From IMG/VR virus record IMGVR_UViG_648276648_000002: 30,298 nucleotides of DNA. The stretch is one strand, 5' to 3'. Below are positions 1 to 6,586 of the stretch, piece by piece. Each line of letters opens with the position of its first letter. Within the stretch, counting starts at the first letter, position 1. A program made the position numbers and the translations under genes. This stretch comes from a virus (lineage: Duplodnaviria > Heunggongvirae > Uroviricota > Caudoviricetes). The notes under the pieces are model-generated. The model did no database searches. It saw nothing but the letters and a program-made list of their open reading frames with translations, and was not told the origin of the DNA.

Positions 1-264
1 CCGAGCAGGCGCTGGAGTTCTTTAATCTGCTTCATGGCGGCAGCAAGTTCAGAGGCAGGAACAACCTGTTCTCCGGCGGCGACAGCAGTAAGACTTCCTT
101 CCTGGTATTGCTTACGCCAGAGAAATAACTGGCTGGCTGCTACACCATGTTGCCGGGCAACGAGGGAGACCGTCATCCCCGGTTCAAAGCTCTGCTGAAC
201 AATTGCGATCTTTTCCTGTGTGGTACGCCGTCTGCGTTTCTCCGGCCCTAAGACATCAATCATC
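1..264 (-). CDS. insC: IS2 transposase OrfA (InsC), N-terminal 88 codons; partial at window edge
   Basis: Minus-strand ATG at 262-264 translates [87 protein letters not shown], which matches recalled IS2 InsC; in frame to the window edge. Confidence 0.85.
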
Positions 265-354
265 TGTTCTCCAATGACTAGTCTAAAAACTAGTATTAAG
301 ACTATCACTTAAATAAGTGATACTGGTTGTCTGGAGATTCAGGGGGCCAGTCTA
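1..354 (-). mobile_element. IS2: IS2 insertion sequence, partial (left inverted-repeat end inside window; rest runs off the 5' edge)
   Basis: Reverse complement of 264-354 matches the recalled IS2 left end (TAGACTGGCCCCCTGAATCTCCAGACAACCA...ACTAGTCATTGGAGAACAG ATG). Element boundary at 354 abuts integrase codon 112. Confidence 0.85.
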
Positions 355-688
355 TATGCATTCTGCTTACAGCAGAGTAAATCTTTGCCTCCGAGATATC
401 TTTAAGCCTTATACCCTCAAAATGTTCAAGCCAGAACTCAATCCGGCTTTTATCTGAATCGAGAGATTTTTTATCAGCTTTTTCCTCAAGCCATCTTAGG
501 CAGGCCTCTTCAAAAGTGACATCAGGTAAATCCCCTAGCTTTTCTACTCGCCAGAGTTCTGCTTTTCGCTTGTCGTGCAACTCCTGAGCTTGCCGCTTGT
601 CCTTTGTGCCAAGAGATTCCTTAATTCGTTTCCCGCCCGGGAGCGAATACGAGGCATACCATATTTCATTTCTGCGGAAGAGTGACAT
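355..688 (-). pseudogene. int: Phage integrase (tyrosine recombinase, Rac IntR-like) N-terminal 111 codons, truncated by the IS2 insertion
   Basis: ORF 305-688 translates [70 protein letters not shown]..., resembling the recalled IntR N-terminus. The frame passes into IS2 sequence after codon 111, so the listed ORF tail ([14 protein letters not shown]) is IS2-derived. Confidence 0.8.
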
Positions 689-915
689 TTTCTTTCCTCT
701 GTTATGCCATCACCCGCGCTCACCTGGACAGTATGCAGCGGAGACTGAAGCGCCGCAATGCAGGCTTGCCGTGTTGTGAGGTAAGGAGATTTTGGCTTGG
801 TTGGATCTTTACGTGTTGCCTGTAGGCGGCCTGTTCGTATCCAGTTGGTGGCGGTTGGTCTGGATATCTTAAGAAACTGACAGGCCTCATCGAGTGTGAG
901 GCTGTATGGCTCCAT
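544..915 (-). CDS. xis: Excisionase-like protein (Rac XisR/YdaQ-like); unusually long C-terminal extension overlapping int
   Basis: Internal Met of ORF 544-999 gives [57 protein letters not shown]..., an HTH excisionase-type N-terminus. ATG overlaps the upstream stop (TAATG). Where the protein really ends is uncertain. Confidence 0.55.
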
Positions 916-1220
916 TATTTCACCTCTTGCTGTGTCATTGTTGAAAAATGGATACCAGCTCGTTGCTGCCAGACGATCCAACCGAGAGTCATATCCCATG
1001 CCATGTATTCGTTATCGCCGTTTTTTGCTCTCCGACGATCTACTAAGTCACCGAAACGCTTTTCCATGAATAATTCATAGGCTTCGCGTTCATCTGGCTC
1101 TACTTCCAGAGATACGAGTGCGATTTCATAAGCACGGCGCTCAATATCGTCTCGAACATCTAGGCTGCTGATTCGTTCTTTGATTTCTTTAATCAGTCCT
1201 TTATTGGTAAATGTGGTCAT
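915..1220 (-). CDS. Early-left operon protein, 101 aa (YfdT-like, CPS-53/KpLE1 type)
   Basis: ORF 915-1220; acidic helical protein; TAATG start/stop coupling with both neighbours; same size and position as recalled K-12 YfdT. Confidence 0.6.
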   Translation of the reverse strand: MTTFTNKGLIKEIKERISSLDVRDDIERRAYEIALVSLEVEPDEREAYELFMEKRFGDLVDRRRAKNGDNEYMAWDMTLGWIVWQQRAGIHFSTMTQQEVK

Positions 1221-1582
1221 TATGCTCCAGCCTCCGGTGCTTTTGGCATTACTGCCCAGTGAGTGATATTGACGTTTTCAAGGTCCCCGACCTGAAATGT
1301 CCACTGCCATTCTCCGGTTTCTTTTTGTCCCCAGGTGTACCAGAGAGAACACCAGCCAATTAGCCAGCCTTCTCCGTTAGCATCGAATAACAAAACACTT
1401 TCATTTGCTGGTGGCAGTTCAGTTGACACTGGTATTGCTTTGTTTTCCTGTGCTGCACATTTAGCTTCAAGCGCATCGAATTTGCGCACTAGGTATTCAG
1501 CATCTGTTTCATTCACTTTCAGATCTCGCGGTACACATCTCCCACGAAGAAACCCTTCCATTTCGAAAACATTCATGCGCAT
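1220..1582 (-). CDS. Early-left operon protein, 120 aa, Trp-rich (YfdS-like; possibly DUF551)
   Basis: ORF 1220-1582, MRMNVFEMEGFLRGRCVPRDLKV...GWLIGWCSLWYTWGQKETGEWQWTFQ; coupled to both flanking genes. Confidence 0.6.
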   Translation of the reverse strand: MRMNVFEMEGFLRGRCVPRDLKVNETDAEYLVRKFDALEAKCAAQENKAIPVSTELPPANESVLLFDANGEGWLIGWCSLWYTWGQKETGEWQWTFQVGDLENVNITHWAVMPKAPEAGA

Positions 1583-2109
1583 TTGCGTAACTCCGATAAC
1601 TCGTTAAAACGTTCCATAAACATCCCGTAGGCATGGCCCGGTGCCAGTGGAATCACGTTGAACATCTCTGTTGCCGGGATGCCTTCCAGTACAGGCCAGA
1701 AAGAGCCATCATCAAGCCCGAGATCGCGGCGTTCGGTTGCCAGCATGATGAGATCGGCATATTTCACAGGCGTGCTCATAACCGGGGGTAACCCGTATTT
1801 CTCACGGATTACGGCGTCTATTTTTTCTTCCATCCGTTTATAGTCAGGAAGAAGGCGTTTCAGTGGCGCGGGGATGTCCTGACAATAAGCTTCTGTTGCA
1901 TCATGCATTAACGCTTCAAAAGCAAATTCCTGCGGTACCAGCTGGCTGCAAAGCACCGCATGTTGGGCGACGCTGTAGAAGTGTGAAAGATGTCCTGCAA
2001 AGCGACAGATATTTGAAAGGGAAACCGCGATATCGTTAATATCGATGTTGTCTTTATTTATCCTGTCATAATAAAAATGCTTCCCGGAAAAAGTTTTAAT
2101 AAATGACAT
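1573..2109 (-). CDS. yfdR: HD-domain phosphohydrolase, YfdR-like 5'-deoxynucleotidase (178 aa)
   Basis: Motifs H...HD...D (AQHAVLCS ... ALMHDATEAYCQDIP). Start moved to the internal ATG preceded by GGAG (GTGGAGAACAAAATG); size matches recalled YfdR. Confidence 0.75.
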   Translation of the reverse strand: MSFIKTFSGKHFYYDRINKDNIDINDIAVSLSNICRFAGHLSHFYSVAQHAVLCSQLVPQEFAFEALMHDATEAYCQDIPAPLKRLLPDYKRMEEKIDAVIREKYGLPPVMSTPVKYADLIMLATERRDLGLDDGSFWPVLEGIPATEMFNVIPLAPGHAYGMFMERFNELSELRKCA

Positions 2110-2237
2110 TTTGTTCTCCACGTTATATGCGCTGCACCGCGCTGAAATTTGGTTAAAGAAAAACCTCGCCATCAGGCGAATATTGAGTCAATTACGTTTC
2201 CATAAATGCCCCCGCAGGGGCATTTGCAGTAATGAAA

Positions 2238-3062
2238 TCAGGCGGTGAAAGTACCAATAAAGGTTTCTACTTTGCTGTCTTTGAACTTCTCAACAAGCAG
2301 ATCACGAAATTCGTTAGCCATTTCCTCCTGCACTGCTTCCAGCTGAATAATGCGTAGTACCAGTACAGGACGATCGCCAGTGATAATGCTGAGGCGTAAT
2401 TTAAACGGACGTTCTTTCAGACCTTCAAACGGAACGCATTTAAATTCAAATGCCACTGGCATAATGTCTTTGGTCTTCGCTTCGACAGACTCCATCAGGG
2501 AGCGTTTGCCGCTGAAGTCATTATCTTCAAAATCAGCGGTCTGGTTCGCTTCAATTGTGATTTTACGGATCGCCGCAGCCGCTTTGGTTGCCTGAATGGC
2601 GTCACCATTAGCATCAAAGCCCACAAGGTAGTCGGCCCAGTCTTCAATCCATTCTGCCAGTGACTTCTGGGAGTTACGCTCGCCGTTAACAGACAACAGG
2701 GCAGAGAACGGTGCTGTCTTTTTCAGTTTGAGAGTGGCGGTGTTATCTGCGTGACCTGGTTCATCAATAGTACCCAGGTTAAGCACACTGACGGCTCGCA
2801 TATTATCGGCATCGATAAAGCAGCGGGTGCCTTCATCTGCAAGATCTTTAGAATAACGGGTAAAGTCATCGATGCTGGCAGTGGAAAGCGCACCACGGAA
2901 ACGGAAGCGATTTAAATTAAGTTTTTCCAGATCATGAATGCGGAAATTCTCAGGCAATGCCACAGCATCGGCACCAATCTTACTGATAATTTCATTAACA
3001 CCCTGAGCAGAAATAAGGGCATGGATTTGATTAATTGCGGTTGCGTCTAAGTTCTGAGACAT
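2238..3062 (-). CDS. yfdQ: DUF2303/YfdQ-like phage protein (274 aa)
   Basis: ORF 2238-3062; size and operon position match recalled YfdQ of the yfdQRST cluster. Confidence 0.65.
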   Translation of the reverse strand: MSQNLDATAINQIHALISAQGVNEIISKIGADAVALPENFRIHDLEKLNLNRFRFRGALSTASIDDFTRYSKDLADEGTRCFIDADNMRAVSVLNLGTIDEPGHADNTATLKLKKTAPFSALLSVNGERNSQKSLAEWIEDWADYLVGFDANGDAIQATKAAAAIRKITIEANQTADFEDNDFSGKRSLMESVEAKTKDIMPVAFEFKCVPFEGLKERPFKLRLSIITGDRPVLVLRIIQLEAVQEEMANEFRDLLVEKFKDSKVETFIGTFTA

Positions 3063-3127
3063 AATAAGTCCTCACTATATAAAGATATTCAGTGATGAGA
3101 TAAATAATCAGTTTATTAAGAACGATA

Positions 3128-3490
3128 TTAACGACCTGCTGCGCGGAGTTTTCCGTCAGGCTCACCGGCAAGAGTCAGTAATTGTCCCTGGTCTTCCTGC
3201 AGAATAGTCAGGCGACCACCGCGATTGACATACATCGGCGTTTCGGTGGTGTCTTCTTCGGAAATTTTCCCGCGGTTAGTCGGGCGAACATATGAGAGTT
3301 TGTGTTTGATTTTCACTCGGTTCTCATCAAACGGTTCGATTTCTAGGTTGAGCGAGACCTTACCTTTGGTTTTCGTGTTCATCACACCGGAAGCGACTTC
3401 ACTGAGAACTGCGCCGATTTTGGTTTCAAATACGCCGCCGTCCAGCTCCCCGATAAATGCCTGCACATCAGTACTGCGTTCGCTAGCCAT
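3128..3490 (-). CDS. Early-left operon protein, 120 aa (YfdP-like?); first gene of the leftward operon
   Basis: Internal ATG preceded by GAGGAG (GAGGAGCAGCAAAATG) within ORF 3128-3808; the upstream 106 codons of that ORF look non-coding. Confidence 0.6.
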   Translation of the reverse strand: MASERSTDVQAFIGELDGGVFETKIGAVLSEVASGVMNTKTKGKVSLNLEIEPFDENRVKIKHKLSYVRPTNRGKISEEDTTETPMYVNRGGRLTILQEDQGQLLTLAGEPDGKLRAAGR

Positions 3491-3959
3491 TTTGCTGCTC
3501 CTCATCATATCGACCCTGCAAGGTCGGTTAGTTTCTCCACAAAACAGAGAAGAACACCTGCGGTGACTGCCGCCCGGATGGATTGGGTTATGAGCCCGTC
3601 GTCCGGTGATGCTCTTCTCTGTTTTGTAAAAAGGACGGTACCAGCCGGAAGCAAGGGTACAAGCTGGTACCGCCAGGACTACACACAGCATAAAGTTGTG
3701 GTGCCGGGTGCCTCCCGGTGCCTGGCGAAGGTTGCACACCAGGCGGGTGGGTATCCACAGAAGGTCGACTGTCAGCCTCAACCTTAACCCGCGTGCGCTG
3801 AGCCGCATTCACCACAACGCTAAGGATTCTCTCTGGTTGAAAATACTTAGCTGTTATGTGCCTGCTTTTAGCCACATCAGGCGAGGTGGACCTAGTTATT
3901 CCCCAACAACAAGGATTTGGTTAATCTGGATATCCCCAACAACTAGCTGAGTATTCAAC
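3491..3959. other. GC-rich, hairpin-dense noncoding block; candidate structured RNA or leader/regulatory element
   Basis: No convincing ORF. 15-bp perfect inverted repeat ACAAAACAGAGAAGA (3539-3553) / TCTTCTCTGTTTTGT (3613-3627); a roughly 10-bp stem around GGTACCAGC / GCTGGTACC (about 3636-3671); CCGGG/CCCGG and GCCTGG/CCAGGC stems and GGTGCC repeats near 3697-3745. Confidence 0.4.
3900..3943. repeat. Direct repeat TCCCCAACAAC x2 (33-bp spacing) just upstream of the 3960 ORF; possible regulator-binding sites
   Basis: TCCCCAACAAC at 3900-3910 and 3933-3943, counted back from the ORF start at 3960. Confidence 0.4.
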
Positions 3960-4481
3960 GTGATAGCTGAACTGTCTGCGGCTATGGCCGCTATAAAGGA
4001 GACTGCCGGTCTTGCTAAGGTTATTAATGACGCGAAAACGGATGCAGAAGTTAAAGCTGCAACCATTGAACTCCAGAACAAACTAATCACGCTTCAGGCA
4101 GAATGCTTCTCTCTTGGCGATGCGATCCGCCTTCGTGATGAAGAGGTGATGCATCTCAAAGCAAAAATTGCAGAGTTTGAAGATTTTTGTGCCAAGGTAG
4201 AAGGATATGTCCTTGATCAGCTTGACTCTGGTGCTTTTGTTTACTCTAAAAATGAAATTGTGAGTGGAAAAGAAATAACTGTGCATCTGTGCCCACTTTG
4301 TTATTCCAAAAATATAAAATCGATACTTCATCCGCTTCCAGTAGGTAAAACTTCTCATTTTCTTACAAGCCGTTGCCTTCACTGTGAAAATAAATTTCTT
4401 ATGGAAAAAAATCCGATGTACGAACGACCAAGATCATTACGTGAGTTGGGGCGAGATCTGAATTCGCCTTGGATTCCTTAA
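3960..4481 (+). CDS. Uncharacterized 173-aa protein: N-terminal coiled-coil, C-terminal Cys4 zinc ribbon (CPLC...CLHC); AT-rich accessory gene in the rex-equivalent position
   Basis: Long ORF in AT-rich DNA, convergent with cI and the leftward operon, followed by a rho-independent terminator. GTG start at 3960 (first ATG at 3984); ribosome-binding site weak. Confidence 0.6.
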   Translation: MIAELSAAMAAIKETAGLAKVINDAKTDAEVKAATIELQNKLITLQAECFSLGDAIRLRDEEVMHLKAKIAEFEDFCAKVEGYVLDQLDSGAFVYSKNEIVSGKEITVHLCPLCYSKNIKSILHPLPVGKTSHFLTSRCLHCENKFLMEKNPMYERPRSLRELGRDLNSPWIP

Positions 4482-4523
4482 ATCTTGCATTGGTTGGATG
4501 ATACCCAGATTGTTAAAGAGCTA

Positions 4524-4546
4524 AGCGTCCTGTAGGGCGCTTTTTT
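4524..4546 (+). terminator. Rho-independent terminator downstream of the 3960-4481 ORF
   Basis: Hairpin AGCGTCC-TGTA-GGGCGCT followed by TTTTTT, about 43 nt after the stop codon. Confidence 0.7.
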
Positions 4547-4632
4547 GTTGCTAACGAATCATCCTGGACTTTATATGCCCCAGGCGGCTACTTCGTGGGC
4601 GTCCTGCCTGTTCGTTATCTTTGATATAAAAT

Positions 4633-4682
4633 CTAACTTAACTTAGTTATTATGGCAAGAGAAAACACCAAACTTTTCTTAG
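4633..4682. promoter_or_regulatory. Candidate left operator/promoter region (OL-like) downstream of cI
   Basis: CTAACTTAACTTAG (4633-4646) and CAAACTTTTCTTAG (4669-4682) share the CTAAC-N4-CTTAG pattern seen between cI and cro. Confidence 0.5.
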
Positions 4683-4711
4683 TTCGGTGCCTTAGTTAGA
4701 GAAGAGAGGCC

Positions 4712-5338
4712 TTAGAGTTCGTATTGAACTCCTTTGACTACACCAATGATAAGGCAATTACCATTGATAGGGATGTTGGGATACCGAGGATTTAATGGCA
4801 CTAAAAACTTTTGAGGGCCATCGATGACTAATTTTTTTACTGTAGCTTCGTTTGTTCCATCAAGTCGAGCGATGACTATTTTTCCATGACGAGGTTCTGC
4901 ATCTGGATCTACAATCACTGTTGCGCCTTCTGGTATTGTTGGGAGGCCATTAGGGTTAGTCATGGAGTCACCTTTAACCTCTAATGCAAATGAGTTATCA
5001 CCAACCTTTAATGATGTATCTACCCACTTGTCCACTTCACTAAACACTTCTGCTGCCCTGCACTCAGTAAACTGCCCAGCCTGAACCCACGATATTACAG
5101 GAACTCTGCGCATGTTTGTGACGAGTTTGCCTTCAAACTCAGCACCATAAAGAATGTAATCTATTGACGTATTGAAGAACTTCGCTAATTTCGAAAGTGC
5201 CTCCCCACCAGGGGTATTGATGTCTTTCTCCCAGTACCCCACAGCAACGTCGCTTACTCCACAAAATTTACCCAATTCTTTCTGGGACGTTCTGGTAACT
5301 CTTCTCAGAGCTTTTATACGCTGACCAACCGTTTCCAT
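4712..5338 (-). CDS. cI: CI-type prophage repressor (HTH-XRE N-domain, S24 LexA-like peptidase C-domain)
   Basis: 208 aa; HTH QKELGKFCGVSDVAVGYWE; Ala-Gly self-cleavage site (VQAGQF); GDSM serine motif; divergent from cro. Confidence 0.9.
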   Translation of the reverse strand: METVGQRIKALRRVTRTSQKELGKFCGVSDVAVGYWEKDINTPGGEALSKLAKFFNTSIDYILYGAEFEGKLVTNMRRVPVISWVQAGQFTECRAAEVFSEVDKWVDTSLKVGDNSFALEVKGDSMTNPNGLPTIPEGATVIVDPDAEPRHGKIVIARLDGTNEATVKKLVIDGPQKFLVPLNPRYPNIPINGNCLIIGVVKGVQYEL

Positions 5339-5360
5339 AGGAGCACCATTTCTTTAATTG

Positions 5361-5423
5361 CTAAGTAATCTTAGTTTTTATTGACCAAAGATAGATTTGT
5401 AATTAGCATCTAACAAAACTTAG
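5361..5423. promoter_or_regulatory. OR-like operator/promoter region between cI and cro (PR/PRM)
   Basis: Palindromic half-site pairs CTAAGTAATCTTAG (5361-5374) and CTAACAAAACTTAG (5410-5423); TTGACC (5381-5386) as a -35 candidate; GGAGG ribosome-binding site before cro. Confidence 0.6.
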
Positions 5424-5435
5424 TTTGGAGGGCGT

Positions 5436-5636
5436 ATGACAACTGACGATATCGAAAGCTACTTCGGCAGTATTGAGAAAGTTGCTGCTTTTTTCGGCAT
5501 AACAACTGAAGCCGTTTATCAGTGGCGAAACCGTCCGGGCCAGTTAATTCCAAAAGGACGTGCAGCAGAAGCTGCATATAGAACTTGCGGACGGTTGCCA
5601 TTTAAACCTGAGCTTTATGAAAAATCTAATGGATAA
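5436..5636 (+). CDS. cro: Cro-like small HTH regulator (YdaS-like)
   Basis: 66 aa, MTTDDIESYFGSIEKVAAFFGITTEAVYQWRNRPG; GGAGG ribosome-binding site; divergent from cI. Confidence 0.8.
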   Translation: MTTDDIESYFGSIEKVAAFFGITTEAVYQWRNRPGQLIPKGRAAEAAYRTCGRLPFKPELYEKSNG

Positions 5637-6231
5637 ATCGATTAACAGAAACCACAGAACGATGAGGCTAACCGTGGGTAAGCATCACTGGAAAGTAGAA
5701 AAACAGCCTGAGTGGTACGTGAAAGCTGTCAGAAAAACTATCGCAAAGTTGCCGGGTGGTTACGCTGAAGCAGCTGACTGGCTGGATGTAACAGAGAACG
5801 CATTATTTAACCGCCTTCGTGCCGATGGCGATCAGATTTTCCCGCTGGGATGGGCAATGATTTTGCAACGTGCTGGTGGAACTCACTTCATTGCTGACGC
5901 TGTGGCGCAGTCTGCAAATGGCGTCTTTGTGTCTCTTCCTGACGTCGAGGATGTGGACAACGCCGATATTAACCAGCGTCTGCTGGAAGTCATTGAACAG
6001 ATCGGCAGTTATTCAAAACAGATTCGTTCAGCAATCGAAGACGGTGTAGTGGAACCGCATGAGAAGACAGCAATTAACGACGAGCTGTATCTCTCAATTT
6101 CGAAGCTGCAGGAGCATGCAGCACTGGTCTGCAAAATCTTTTGCATTTCAGAAAGTAATGACGCCCGCGAGTGTGCAGCTCCGGGCGTCGTGGCGTCGAT
6201 TGCTTCTGGTTGTGGAGAAACTAACGCATGA
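5629..6231 (+). CDS. CII-like regulatory protein (YdaT/Phage_CP76-like); start codon uncertain
   Basis: ORF 5560-6231 in frame; candidate starts at 5617, 5629, 5662 (ATG) or 5674 (GTG after GAGG). Follows cro in the usual cro-cII order. Confidence 0.55.
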   Translation: MDKSINRNHRTMRLTVGKHHWKVEKQPEWYVKAVRKTIAKLPGGYAEAADWLDVTENALFNRLRADGDQIFPLGWAMILQRAGGTHFIADAVAQSANGVFVSLPDVEDVDNADINQRLLEVIEQIGSYSKQIRSAIEDGVVEPHEKTAINDELYLSISKLQEHAALVCKIFCISESNDARECAAPGVVASIASGCGETNA

Positions 6232-6566
6232 ACAGTTTAACAACACACTACCGTCGCTCGCAACTGATTGCGCTTCCTGTACCGGGTGGAAAAGCGAAGG
6301 TGGAATATTGCTATGCAGTGAATGTACCAGGTGACAGGGAAATTGTAACCCACAGCTTTGCAGAGTGGGCTGTGGGGGATTTCAACCGGCAGAAGGAGAC
6401 AGTCCTTTGCGACAAGTTAACCGCTGGTTCAAAGATCACTACGGAGTGCCCGTCAGAGTCATTCGTTGGGAACCGGAAACACAACGGGTTATCTACCTCC
6501 GCGAAGGCTATGAGCATGAGTGCTTCAGTCCGCTCGAACAGTTTCGTCGTAAATTCAGGGAAATAG
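6228..6566 (+). CDS. Small ORF coupled to the cII-like stop (ATGA); C-terminal half low-complexity and overlapped by a better ORF; possibly a frameshifted gene
   Basis: ORF 6228-6566; N-terminal ~60 aa protein-like, remainder Ser/Thr-rich. Confidence 0.3.
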   Translation: MNSLTTHYRRSQLIALPVPGGKAKVEYCYAVNVPGDREIVTHSFAEWAVGDFNRQKETVLCDKLTAGSKITTECPSESFVGNRKHNGLSTSAKAMSMSASVRSNSFVVNSGK

Positions 6567-6586
6567 AGGTCGGTCATGAGCACTAA
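6407..6586 (+). CDS. Small protein (~59 aa) coupled to the O-like gene start
   Basis: TTG start at 6407 preceded by AAGGAG (6393-6398) inside ORF 6365-6586; sequence [58 protein letters not shown]; stop overlaps the O-like start. Confidence 0.45.
   Translation: MRQVNRWFKDHYGVPVRVIRWEPETQRVIYLREGYEHECFSPLEQFRRKFREIEVGHEH

Noticed and set aside
3128-3808. 226-aa version of the minus-strand ORF (N-terminal extension of the YfdP-like gene)
   Set aside because: The upstream 106 codons run through the GC-rich hairpin block and read as low-complexity Arg/Pro/Cys-rich sequence; a strong GAGGAG ribosome-binding site precedes the internal ATG at 3490, which gives the expected 120-aa protein.
3563-3950. 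Short ORFs inside the GC-rich block (3563-3787 plus, 3588-3875 minus, 3696-3950 plus)
   Set aside because: Mutually overlapping, Pro/Gly/Arg-rich, no ribosome-binding sites; expected by chance in GC-rich DNA. The 95-aa minus-strand one was examined as an N-like antiterminator but has no arginine-rich motif.
4083-4382. 99-aa minus-strand ORF antisense to the zinc-ribbon gene
   Set aside because: Lys/Phe/Ile-rich translation typical of the antisense of AT-rich coding DNA; the plus-strand ORF is longer, has domain-like organisation and a terminator.
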